This document shows, one piece after another, positions 17,648 through 27,028 of a DNA stretch of 64,000 nucleotides. The stretch covers positions 288,001 through 352,000 of the forward strand of contig CAVQRZ010000001.1 of the NCBI GenBank assembly GCA_963715335.1, in the 5' to 3' direction. Origin of the DNA: an uncultured delta proteobacterium (GTDB lineage: Bacteria; Desulfobacterota; Desulfuromonadia; Desulfuromonadales; BM103). How positions within the stretch are numbered: position 1 is the first letter of the stretch; each line of letters begins with the position of its first letter. The notes beneath the pieces were generated by a model that worked only from the letters and a program-made list of their open reading frames with translations, did no database searches and was not told where the DNA came from. A program made the translations under genes and the position numbers.

Positions 17648-20600
17648 GGTTGGAATCTCCTTGCATGGGCCTCAGGGTCACGGCCGTAAATCAGCCAGTA
17701 GACGATGGGGATGACGATAAGAGTGAATGCGGTCGAGGCAAAGACGCCGAAGATGATCGACCAGGCCAATCCTGAGAAGATCGGGTCGAGGGTAATGATC
17801 CAGTTGCCGAGCAGAGCGGCCCCGGCCGTCAGCAGGATCGGGCGGAGCCGCACGGCACCGCTTTCGACCAAAGCGTCCTGCAATTGTACTCCGCGTTTGA
17901 GCGCATGATGGATGAAGTCGATCAGGATGATCGAATTGCGGACCACGATTCCGGCCAGGGCGATCATGCCGATCATCGCCGTGGCGGTGAAGAAAATCGG
18001 CGTATCGTAGCCGCCCACCGGGTGATCAAAGAGCAGGTTCAGCAACCAGAACCCTGGCATGATACCGATCATGGTCAGGGGAATCGCGCCCATAATGATC
18101 AATGGCATGGCATAGGATCCGGTTTCCAGAATCAACAGGATATAGATCAGTACCAGTGCCGCGCCGAAGGCAAGCCCCAGGTCACGAAAGACATCAAGGG
18201 TGATATTCCATTCCCCTTCGCCACTCCAGACCACCCGGGTACCGTTCGGCAGGGGATGGTCGTCGAAATGCCCGCCGATGTTGAGGATGGCATTGACCGG
18301 ACTGCGACCGGCCATCTCGCCGAACACGTAGACGACCCGCTCCAGGTTCTTGTGGTAGATCGTCGGCTCGAGCGTGTCGGCCCGGAACTCCCCCAACTCG
18401 CCCAACTGCACAACGCGACCATTGGTGCCGCGCAGCGGTAGCCCGGAAAGCGCCTCGATCGAAGACCGCTCGGCACGAGCGAGACGCACCTCGATATGCA
18501 GGGGGTGACGTTCGGTTGGCACATGCACCGTACCGACCCGGTCCCCGCTCAGAGCGGTCCTCAATGTCCGGGCGATATCCGTAATGGCAACCCCGGCAAG
18601 AGCCGCCTTGTTGCGATCAGGAACAAAGGTATAGCGGGTCTGAGCATATTCCACGGTATCGTCGACATCAACCACCTTGTCTTCCGCGGCCATGCGGTCC
18701 TTGATCAGGAGGGCGGAGGCAATTTGCTGGTCGTAGGGGACTCCCGGGTCTGCATACACCTCCCCGACCAGGGTGGCAATCACCGGGGGGCCTGGCGGGA
18801 GCTCGACAATCTTGAGCAGCGCCCCGTGCTGGCGGGCAATGCGCGTCAGGTCGCTCCTCAGCCGCAGGGTAATCGGATGGCTTTGCTGGACCCGGTCGCC
18901 CTTGGCGGCCAGATTGATCCGCAAGTCAGCCAGATTGGGCGCCTGGCGCATGTAGTAATGCCGTACCATGCCGTTGAAGTCCATGGCACTGGCCGTTCCC
19001 ACGTAAGCAGCGACATCCGTTACCTCGTTAACGGTCACCAGGTAATCTTCCAGAGCCCGGACCGCACGGTCGGTTTCTTCCAGGGTGCTTCCTTCCGGCA
19101 GGTCGACGACCAACTGGAACTCGTTCTTGTTGTCAAACGGCAGCATCTTCAGCGGGACCAGTCCAAGCGCCGGTAAAGACATCGAGGCAAGCAGGAGCAA
19201 GACAACCCCGCCAACCAGCAGCCAGGCCTTGCGGCGGCTGGCGAGAAAAGGCTCAAGGAGTTGTCGGTAGACGCGGTAAGTCCGGGTTTTTTCGAGGACG
19301 ACCTCCTCATGTCCGCCCTTGCCATGCTCGCCTTTCAGGACATGGAAACTCATCCACGGGGTCACGGTGAAGGAGACCAGCAGCGACATGATCATGGTCA
19401 ACGGCAGGTTGATCGCCATCGGCCGCATATAAGGCCCCATCATACCGGTGATAAAAAGCATCGGCAGAAAAGACAGAATCACCGCGAGAGTCGCGAGAAT
19501 CACCGGCGGACGGACTTCGTCGACGGCGGAAAGGACAGCGTCGCGCGGCGGCTCCTTCTTCATCTTCAAGTGTCGGTAGATATTTTCGACATCAACGATC
19601 GGATCATCGACCAGCAGGCCGAGGGCCAGGACCAGGGCGAACAGGGTGACCCGGTTGATCGTGTAGCCAAACCAGTAGTTCACCAGCAGCGTCAGGGAGT
19701 AGATAATCGGGATCGAAACGGCAACGATCAGGGCCTCCCGCCAGCCGAGGGCAACCAGAACCAAAAGCAGGACGGTGACGACCGCAATGGTCAAGTGCAT
19801 CATCAGTTCGTTGACCTTGTGATCGGCGGTCTCGCCGTAGTTTCGGGTCACCCGCACTTCGATGTCGTCGGGGATGACGACGCCCTGCAACGACCTGACG
19901 GTTTCGATCACATCTTCGGCAACGACGACCGCATTCGTCCCCTTCTGCTTGGCGACAGCGATATGCACGGCATTGTACGCGCCACTCGCCGGATTCGAGC
20001 TTCCCACTGCCGCCGGTCCGAAACGCAGCCGCGTATAGTGCTCGGCCTCGGCGTTACCGTCACTCACGCTGGCAACATCACCGAGATAGACAGGTCGGTC
20101 GTCATTGACGCCCACGACCAGCTCTGCGACTTCGGCGGCCGAGGCGAAGAAACTGCCGCCCCGCACCAGATGCTCCATATTGCCTAGCTGAAAACGGCCA
20201 GCCGGAAGCTCGAGGTTGGCGCCATCCAGGGCCCTGCTGATAGTCAGTAGGTCGATGCCACGGGCCGCGACCGCCGCGGGGTCGACAATCACATTCACCT
20301 GGCGTGGCTGACCGCCGATCAGGGTGGTGATGGACGTTTTACGCACGGCCTGCAGGCGATCAACCACTTCTTCCGCGACCCTGCGCAGGTCGTGGTTGGA
20401 AGCATGATCCGAATACAGCGCGAGGTTGACGATCGGCACATCGTCCACTTCGACCGGCTTGATCACCCAGCCGGTCACGCCCGGGGGCACCGCGTCATAG
20501 TGAGTGCTGATCTTGTTGTACAGTTTGACCAGGGACTGGATGCGGTCCTCGCCGACATAGAAACGAACCGTCACCACGGCCAGATCGGGACGGGACATGG

Positions 20601-20868
20601 AATAGACGTATTCGACGCCGTCGACCTGCCAGAGCAGCTTCTCCAAACGCGTAGCCACCTGCTTCTCCACTTCGGCGGCGCTCGCCCCGGGCATGTGGAC
20701 ATACACATCCGCCAGGGGCACGACGATCTGCGGCTCCTCTTCGCGCGGCGTCAGGGCCATTGCGGCCAGCCCGGCGATCACCGACAGAACGATCAGGATG
20801 ACCGAGAGGTTGCCATCGAGAAAACGGGCAACGATCCGGGTCGGTAGCGACCGGTGTTTCTGGTTCAT
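17644..20868 (-). CDS. RND efflux transporter permease subunit (AcrB/CusA superfamily)
   Basis: 1074 aa; PREEEPQI, GLLVDDPIVDVENI, GIVVRNSIILIDF and RLRPILLT motifs. Confidence 0.93.
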   Translation of the reverse strand: MNQKHRSLPTRIVARFLDGNLSVILIVLSVIAGLAAMALTPREEEPQIVVPLADVYVHMPGASAAEVEKQVATRLEKLLWQVDGVEYVYSMSRPDLAVVTVRFYVGEDRIQSLVKLYNKISTHYDAVPPGVTGWVIKPVEVDDVPIVNLALYSDHASNHDLRRVAEEVVDRLQAVRKTSITTLIGGQPRQVNVIVDPAAVAARGIDLLTISRALDGANLELPAGRFQLGNMEHLVRGGSFFASAAEVAELVVGVNDDRPVYLGDVASVSDGNAEAEHYTRLRFGPAAVGSSNPASGAYNAVHIAVAKQKGTNAVVVAEDVIETVRSLQGVVIPDDIEVRVTRNYGETADHKVNELMMHLTIAVVTVLLLVLVALGWREALIVAVSIPIIYSLTLLVNYWFGYTINRVTLFALVLALGLLVDDPIVDVENIYRHLKMKKEPPRDAVLSAVDEVRPPVILATLAVILSFLPMLFITGMMGPYMRPMAINLPLTMIMSLLVSFTVTPWMSFHVLKGEHGKGGHEEVVLEKTRTYRVYRQLLEPFLASRRKAWLLVGGVVLLLLASMSLPALGLVPLKMLPFDNKNEFQLVVDLPEGSTLEETDRAVRALEDYLVTVNEVTDVAAYVGTASAMDFNGMVRHYYMRQAPNLADLRINLAAKGDRVQQSHPITLRLRSDLTRIARQHGALLKIVELPPGPPVIATLVGEVYADPGVPYDQQIASALLIKDRMAAEDKVVDVDDTVEYAQTRYTFVPDRNKAALAGVAITDIARTLRTALSGDRVGTVHVPTERHPLHIEVRLARAERSSIEALSGLPLRGTNGRVVQLGELGEFRADTLEPTIYHKNLERVVYVFGEMAGRSPVNAILNIGGHFDDHPLPNGTRVVWSGEGEWNITLDVFRDLGLAFGAALVLIYILLILETGSYAMPLIIMGAIPLTMIGIMPGFWLLNLLFDHPVGGYDTPIFFTATAMIGMIALAGIVVRNSIILIDFIHHALKRGVQLQDALVESGAVRLRPILLTAGAALLGNWIITLDPIFSGLAWSIIFGVFASTAFTLIVIPIVYWLIYGRDPEAHARRFQP

Positions 20869-21975
20869 CGCTGAGGCTCCAGTCGTGCACCATGCCTGGC
20901 CAGTTCGAGACCGGCAACGACTATCTCTTCACCCGGCAGCAGCCCGGACAGGATTTCAACCTGGTTTGCAGAAGCCGGACCAGTCCGCACCAGGCGGTAC
21001 TTAAGAACCTGGTCTTCGACCACGTAAACCGATGTCAACTGGCCACGGACAACCAGCGCAGAGGCGGGGATGCTGAGGCGATTTTGGTCGGCTTGCGCCG
21101 GGATACCAATTTTCGCATACAGGCCACCCTGCAGTTTTTCGTTGTCGGCGAGTGCCAGCTTGGCTGATACCGTCCTGGTCTTCGGGTCGACGGCCGGCAC
21201 CATTGCTGCGAGCCGGGCACGGGTTTTCAGGGCAATCGACGGGATCTCGACCGGGAATTCGTCGTTGATGCGATAACGGCCGGCGACACTCTCCGGCAGT
21301 TCGACCCGAACCTGCCAGAGGCCACTGCGATCCAGGGTCAGGAGGGGCGTTCCCGGCAGGACGGTGGTTCCGGCATCAACCAGAATTTCGACAACCGTGG
21401 CATCGAAAGGCGCCGTCAAGGTTGCCAGCCCGGCCATGGTCGCAGCACCTTCCTGATTGGCAAGACCGGCAGCCAGTGCTGATTCGGCAGCGGCAAGGCG
21501 TTCATGCGCGGTATTTTTTTCGGCCAGGACCCGATCGATATTCGAGGGCCGTCAAGGCTCCCTTTTCATAAAGGCTTGCATAACGGACGAAATTCTTGTC
21601 AGCCAGCCCGGCGTGCAAACGGGCTTCTTCCAGCTTACTGCGCGCGGCAGCGACGGCAGCCAGCGCCGCTTTGAGATCGGCCCGCACAGTTTCCCCGGTG
21701 AGTTCCAGCAGCGGCTGCCCCTGTTTGACGGCCGCCCCTTCCTGAACCAGGGAGCGGGCAACCTGCCCTGCTATGCGCGCCGTCATGACGGCGCGGTCCA
21801 TACTCGCCACCGTGCCCGACAGGAACCGGCTGGCGGTGGCTTCGGCACGGGCGACGACGATTGTCTGCAAGCCGCTGATGACGTCCTGCTGAGCTCTGGT
21901 CTCTCCTGGCTCAATCCGGTCGCCGCAACCATAAAGAATGAACAGTGCGGTTAAAACAGCAAGAGCAGATTTCAT
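20865..21975 (-). pseudogene. RND periplasmic adaptor (membrane fusion) lipoprotein split by a +1 frameshift near 21537-21540
   Basis: N-half has lipobox LYGC and a lipoyl-like motif; C-half has LTAPFDA...VDPKTRT. Removing one base from GAA-TATC-GAT-CGG joins the two ORFs. Confidence 0.8.
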
Positions 21976-23369
21976 GGTTTATCCTCACTCTGAATCTTGA
22001 GAGCTCCAAGGAGGGTGCCCTCCTGGTAGTGAACATTGGCCCGGGCGGCCACCAGGTTAACCTCGGCTTCGGCGAGGGCGCTGCGCGAGAGCGCCAGTTC
22101 GGTTTGGACTTCAAGCAGTTCCGACAGGGTCGCCAGGCCGGCGCCAAACCTTTCCACTACGACCTTGCGCGCGGCATCAGAGGCAGCATGAGAACCGCGT
22201 GCCAGTTGCAGAAACGCCTCAGCTTCGCCGGCCTTGAGGACCGCGTCTCTAATCTCGAGGTGCACCTGGCGCATGCGATCGTCATGTTGAAGTTCCAGAG
22301 CGCGTTGGCGGGCCCTGGCCTGTTTCAAGAGGTGGGAACGTTCGTAAAAATCGAAGACCGTCCATTGCAAGCCGACCGATACGCTCCAGGCCTCGGCCTC
22401 TGCACCGAACGGGGTGTCTTCATCATGCAGGATATAGGACGCTTGCAGACCGGCCTTGGGCAGGTACGATGACCACTGCTGTTGCGCCGCAAGTTCCGAC
22501 TCTCGGACCTTGTTTGACGAGGCGTCTAGGTCCCCGCGCTGCAAAACTCCGGTGACACTCGGTACCGGCAGCCAGTCAGGGGGGAGAGGGCCTGCGATGT
22601 CTATTTCCCCATCAGGTCTGCCCATCGCAACCGCCAGACGACTGCGCGCCATTGTCAGGGCATTGGTACTCGATAGCAGGTTGCGTTTTGCAGCGTAGAG
22701 CAGGACCTCGCTGCGCAAGGTATCGGCATGCAACCCGGTCCCCGCCGTTTCCCGCTCCCGGGACAGAGACATCACCTCCTCGGCCTCGTCAAGAGATTGC
22801 TCTGCCCACTCCAGACGGGTTCTGGATTTCTGGACATCGAGATAGGCTCGCAACAAAGCATAAGCGGTCTCCTCACGCTGCCTTTGCATAAGATCCGTGG
22901 CCATTTGCTGGGTGGCCGAGGCCCGCTCCTTGCCATAATATACGGCAGGATCGAAAAGAGGCTGGGTCAGGCTCAAGCGGGTTTCGAAGTCGTGGCGGTC
23001 AGGCGGATCGTTGTAGGCGTCCGCCGTCGGACTCAATTCCAGCTTCTCCTGATTGAGGTCGATGAAGAGGCTGCCGGCCGGTTCGTTGGTCGCGTAATAC
23101 TGCTCGCTCAAGGTCAAACGTGGCAGATACTGACTGGCACTGGCGTGGTAAGCGGCATCTTGCGCCGCAACATCCGCCCTGGCAGCCAACAGCAGGGGGT
23201 GCTCGCCAAACGCGGCGTGCAAGGCCTCACCAATGGTCGCCTTTTCCATGTCGGCGGCCACGAGCATCGGCGAGCCAACCATGAGAAGCGAGAGTAGGAT
23301 TAAACGCAAACCGTTCATGTTTTTTAATATATATATATAGATATTTAAATTCAAGAGCTTTTTCACCAT
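21972..23369 (-). CDS. TolC family outer membrane efflux protein
   Basis: Duplicated OEP-type repeats (YLPRLTL, YLPKAGL, GLATLSELLE). Start is 23369 (GGAGG RBS) or 23318. Confidence 0.88.
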   Translation of the reverse strand: MVKKLLNLNIYIYILKNMNGLRLILLSLLMVGSPMLVAADMEKATIGEALHAAFGEHPLLLAARADVAAQDAAYHASASQYLPRLTLSEQYYATNEPAGSLFIDLNQEKLELSPTADAYNDPPDRHDFETRLSLTQPLFDPAVYYGKERASATQQMATDLMQRQREETAYALLRAYLDVQKSRTRLEWAEQSLDEAEEVMSLSRERETAGTGLHADTLRSEVLLYAAKRNLLSSTNALTMARSRLAVAMGRPDGEIDIAGPLPPDWLPVPSVTGVLQRGDLDASSNKVRESELAAQQQWSSYLPKAGLQASYILHDEDTPFGAEAEAWSVSVGLQWTVFDFYERSHLLKQARARQRALELQHDDRMRQVHLEIRDAVLKAGEAEAFLQLARGSHAASDAARKVVVERFGAGLATLSELLEVQTELALSRSALAEAEVNLVAARANVHYQEGTLLGALKIQSEDKP

Positions 23370-23545
23370 GATCCCTCCAGAATGATTTCCCAAGTCATTT
23401 TAACAAAGATTGGCTATGTTTAATGGGATTGCGCACTTTTTACTTTTTCTGACAAAACCCTTTGAAATAAAACAGGGTTTGGTTTAGGATGTTGAGCCTA
23501 TATTTATCAATTCTGCTTTATTAACCCCATAAAGGAGCGGCAAAC

Positions 23546-24589
23546 ATGAAACGATTGATTTTATTGGTAATGGTTCTCTGTCTCACCCTGGTCTTCGGTG
23601 TCGGCGCAGGCCTCGCCGAGGAGAAAAAAGACCCCCTGGAGGCATGGAAGCCGAAGTTTGATCCGAGCGGCGCAGAATTCACCTATATTCTGTCCAATAT
23701 CTCCCATCCGGTCATTGAAGGCGTCGGTTTTGGCTACCGTCTGCGCGACCGCGTCTGGGAAGACTCGAAAGGCCGCCTGTACGTCGACTTCCGTCCCCTG
23801 GCCCAGTTGGGTGGTGAGAAGGACGTTATCAACAAGCTCAAGCTCGGCGCCGTACATGGCATGCTGAGCTCTTCGGTTGCTGCCGCAAACGTCGCTGACA
23901 CCCTCGGCATCGTCAACCTCCCCTATGTCGTCGACACCTTTGACAAGCTCGACAAGTTCCGCAACACCCCGGAGCTTTGGGAGCCTTTTGCCAACAGCGC
24001 TCTGGGTGGCGGCATCATGACTGTTGACTTCACCGGTTACGGTGCCTACGGCTGGGCGACCACCGATCCGGTCAACACGATTGCCGATGCCAAGAAAGTC
24101 AACTTCCGCATCGCCGAGGCACCGGTCAACGCCGACTTCTACAAGGCATGGGGCCTCAAATTCACCGTTATGCCGTGGCCGGACGTTCCCCAGGCCCTGC
24201 AGACCGGCGTGATCACCGGCCTCGACCACACAGCGATCGTCTGCAACATCACCAAGAAGTTCACCATCGCCAAAAACTTCACCGAGCTTGACTACGCCCA
24301 GGGCCTTTTCATCCACCTGATGAACAAGCGCTGGTTCGAAAAGCTGCCCGCCGACCTGCAGCAGGTCCTGATGACCGCGATCGTCGAGGAAAGTGCCAAG
24401 ACCCGCGAACTGACCCGCAAGCAACATGAAGACCAGGTTGCCAAGGCCAAGGAAGCCGGCGTCGCCTTCCACAAGCTCTCCGACGCCGAAAAACAGCAGC
24501 TGATCGACATGATTGCTCCGGTCTACCAGGCCTGGGGTGAGAAGATCGGCATGGACTATCTCAAAAAGGTTCAGGCTGACCTCAAATAA
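23546..24589 (+). CDS. dctP: TRAP transporter substrate-binding protein
   Basis: Signal peptide; QLGGEKD, FRIAE and ALQTGVITG motifs; AAGGAG RBS. Confidence 0.9.
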   Translation: MKRLILLVMVLCLTLVFGVGAGLAEEKKDPLEAWKPKFDPSGAEFTYILSNISHPVIEGVGFGYRLRDRVWEDSKGRLYVDFRPLAQLGGEKDVINKLKLGAVHGMLSSSVAAANVADTLGIVNLPYVVDTFDKLDKFRNTPELWEPFANSALGGGIMTVDFTGYGAYGWATTDPVNTIADAKKVNFRIAEAPVNADFYKAWGLKFTVMPWPDVPQALQTGVITGLDHTAIVCNITKKFTIAKNFTELDYAQGLFIHLMNKRWFEKLPADLQQVLMTAIVEESAKTRELTRKQHEDQVAKAKEAGVAFHKLSDAEKQQLIDMIAPVYQAWGEKIGMDYLKKVQADLK

Positions 24590-24620
24590 TTGATTCTTTC
24601 TGCAAAAACCGCTATATTCA

Positions 24621-24656
24621 GCGACCGGGGAGATGACTTCTCCCCGGTCGTTTTTT
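24621..24656 (+). terminator. Intrinsic terminator/stabilising hairpin between dctP and dctQ
   Basis: CGACCGGGGAGA-TGACT-TCTCCCCGGTCG followed by T6. Confidence 0.75.
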
Positions 24657-24699
24657 ATCGGCGGCAAATACTGCTCCAAAGCCTTTTCGTTGAGTAAAA

Positions 24700-25221
24700 A
24701 TGAAAAACCTCGTTTACCACATTCATCGCACCTTCGCTCTTGTTGAAGACTGGAGTCTCTTCATTACGGTTATGGTCGCCCTGCTGGTGGCCATCGCCAA
24801 CGTCGTGCTGCGCAAGCTGACCAACGACGTCAATCTTTACTGGTCGGACGAGGTGGTCCGCAAAACCATCTTCTTCACCACCTATGTCGGCTGCATCGCT
24901 GCGATCCGCAACCGCTCTCTGATCCGTATCGATGCCCTGCCGCAGCTCTTTCCGTTCATGAAAAAACCGCTGACCCTGCTCAACCATTTAGGGGTTCTGG
25001 TTTTTGCCGGTTTCATGATCCATCTCGGCTACTCCCTGACCGTTCTGGTCCGCAACGACCAGTTCGCCAAAACCGCGTCCCTGCAGATCCCCGAATGGTA
25101 CTTCTACGCCGTGTTCCCGATCATGGGTGTGATGATGTTCATCCGCACCCTGATCGTCATGGTCGAGGACTGGTTCGGCATCGACCTCTGCAAACCGCCA
25201 ACCAAGGATGAGGTGGCCTGA
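24700..25221 (+). CDS. dctQ: TRAP transporter small permease
   Basis: Four TM segments; NVVLRK, WSDEVVR and IRID motifs. Confidence 0.88.
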   Translation: MKNLVYHIHRTFALVEDWSLFITVMVALLVAIANVVLRKLTNDVNLYWSDEVVRKTIFFTTYVGCIAAIRNRSLIRIDALPQLFPFMKKPLTLLNHLGVLVFAGFMIHLGYSLTVLVRNDQFAKTASLQIPEWYFYAVFPIMGVMMFIRTLIVMVEDWFGIDLCKPPTKDEVA

Positions 25222-26513
25222 TGGAGACCAACTACCTCGTCATTCTGGCGCTGCTGATCGGCTGCCTGGCCTCAACGGTCCCGGTGTTCATGGCACTCTT
25301 TTTCACCGGCATGGTCGGACTGGTCTGGATTGCCGGGATCGATCCGCAGATTGTTGTCGAAGTCCTCTATCGCAGCATGGACAAGTTTGCCCTGATCGTT
25401 GTGCTCTTCTTCGTCCTGTGCGGCAACATCATGACCACCGGCAGTATCGTCGCGAAACTGATCAAGACCGCCAACTGCCTGGTCGGCTTCCTGCCCGGCG
25501 GATTGGCCATAGCCGGGGTTCTGGCCTGTGGCTTCTTCGGCGCCATTTCCGGTTCGACGGTGGCCACCGTGGTCGCCATCGGCGGCTTTATGATCCCGGC
25601 GCTGCTCAAGCACAACTATGACGAGAAGTTCTCCGTCGGCATCATGACCACGGCGCCGATCCTCGGCGTTGTGATTCCGCCGTCGATATCGATGATTCTC
25701 TACGCCATGGTCAGCAACGACCCGCTCGAGGCGCTCTTTCTGACCGGCTTCGTTCCCGGTCTCCTGATCATCGTTTTCATGTCGCTCTACGCCTACTTCT
25801 TTTGCCGGCGCGTCGAAGCCGACACGATGCCGCGCCCGAGCTTCAAGGAGTTTTTCGCCACCGTGCGCGAAAGCATCTGGGCGCTGATGCTGCCGGTGCT
25901 GATTTTCGGCGGCATCTACTCAGGTTATTTCACCGCCAACGAAGCGGCCGTAGTCGCCTGCTTTTACGCTTTTGTTGTTGAGATCTGCATCCACCGCGAC
26001 CTGAAACTTCGCGACGTGAAAAATGTCGTCATCTCTTCGGCGATCACCTCGGCAACGCTGCTGGTGATCGTCGCCGGGGCTTCGGTCTTCGGCGAGTACC
26101 TGACTTTCGAGCAGATCCCCGGCCAGATTGCCAATGCCGTGGTCGACAATATCCAGACGCCCTGGGTCTTCCTGCTGTCGGTGAATATCCTGCTGCTGAT
26201 CATCGGCATGTTCATGGATATCATTTCCGCGACCCTGATCCTGACGCCGATCTTTTTGCCGCTCCTTGCGCGCTTCGGCATCGATTCCATGCATTTCGGC
26301 CTGCTGATGACTCTCAACCTCGGCATTGGCTACTGCACACCACCACTCGGCGTCAGCCTCTATATCTCCGGCGCCGTAGCTGACCGTGACCTGATCTACG
26401 TCTCCAAGGCGGTTCTGCCTTTTCTTGCAATCCAGGTTGCCATCCTGATGCTTCTGACGTTCTGGCCCGACATGGTACTGTTCCTGCCCAGGTGGGTTTA
26501 CCCGACCCCTTGA
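25221..26513 (+). CDS. dctM: TRAP transporter large permease
   Basis: FGAISGSTVAT, IPPSISMI, FTANEAA and TPPLGVSL motifs. Confidence 0.92.
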   Translation: METNYLVILALLIGCLASTVPVFMALFFTGMVGLVWIAGIDPQIVVEVLYRSMDKFALIVVLFFVLCGNIMTTGSIVAKLIKTANCLVGFLPGGLAIAGVLACGFFGAISGSTVATVVAIGGFMIPALLKHNYDEKFSVGIMTTAPILGVVIPPSISMILYAMVSNDPLEALFLTGFVPGLLIIVFMSLYAYFFCRRVEADTMPRPSFKEFFATVRESIWALMLPVLIFGGIYSGYFTANEAAVVACFYAFVVEICIHRDLKLRDVKNVVISSAITSATLLVIVAGASVFGEYLTFEQIPGQIANAVVDNIQTPWVFLLSVNILLLIIGMFMDIISATLILTPIFLPLLARFGIDSMHFGLLMTLNLGIGYCTPPLGVSLYISGAVADRDLIYVSKAVLPFLAIQVAILMLLTFWPDMVLFLPRWVYPTP

Positions 26514-26578
26514 TGGCTTTGAGCTCTGACTGGGCCCTGTCACCAGCCAGTCACTAGCCGCTGAGAGCGGAGGTTACG

Positions 26579-27007
26579 ATGGAAACGAAAATACTGATTC
26601 CGGTCGACGGCTCCAACACTGCAGGACGCACGCTGGTAAAAATCATCTCTCTGAAAGAACGTTTCCCGAAGCAGCTGACCCTGCTGCACGTTGTGGATGT
26701 CGACAAGCTCGCCTATCGCATGATTCCCGATTTCCAGATCGACATGATCCGCGAAAATGCCCGCAGGGCTGGCCAACTGGTACTCGATGAACGCACCAGA
26801 GCCCTTACAGAAGCGGGCTTTACGGTCGAGGCGCGGCTCGAAGTCGGCTCGCCGCGGCAAACGATCTGCAAGGTCGCAAATGAAGAGGCCTTTCAGCTCA
26901 CGATCATCGGCCGGCGAGAAAGCACCGGCGAAATCCGCGACGTCCTGTTCGGCTCGGTCGCCAATTACGTTCTGCACAACGTGGCCTGTCCGGTCCTGCT
27001 CTTCTGA
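26579..27007 (+). CDS. Universal stress protein (TRAP-associated)
   Basis: ILIPVDGS and LFGSVANYVLHNVACPVL motifs. Confidence 0.9.
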   Translation: METKILIPVDGSNTAGRTLVKIISLKERFPKQLTLLHVVDVDKLAYRMIPDFQIDMIRENARRAGQLVLDERTRALTEAGFTVEARLEVGSPRQTICKVANEEAFQLTIIGRRESTGEIRDVLFGSVANYVLHNVACPVLLF

Positions 27008-27028
27008 TCTTTTCCTGCCAGAGGTGTC

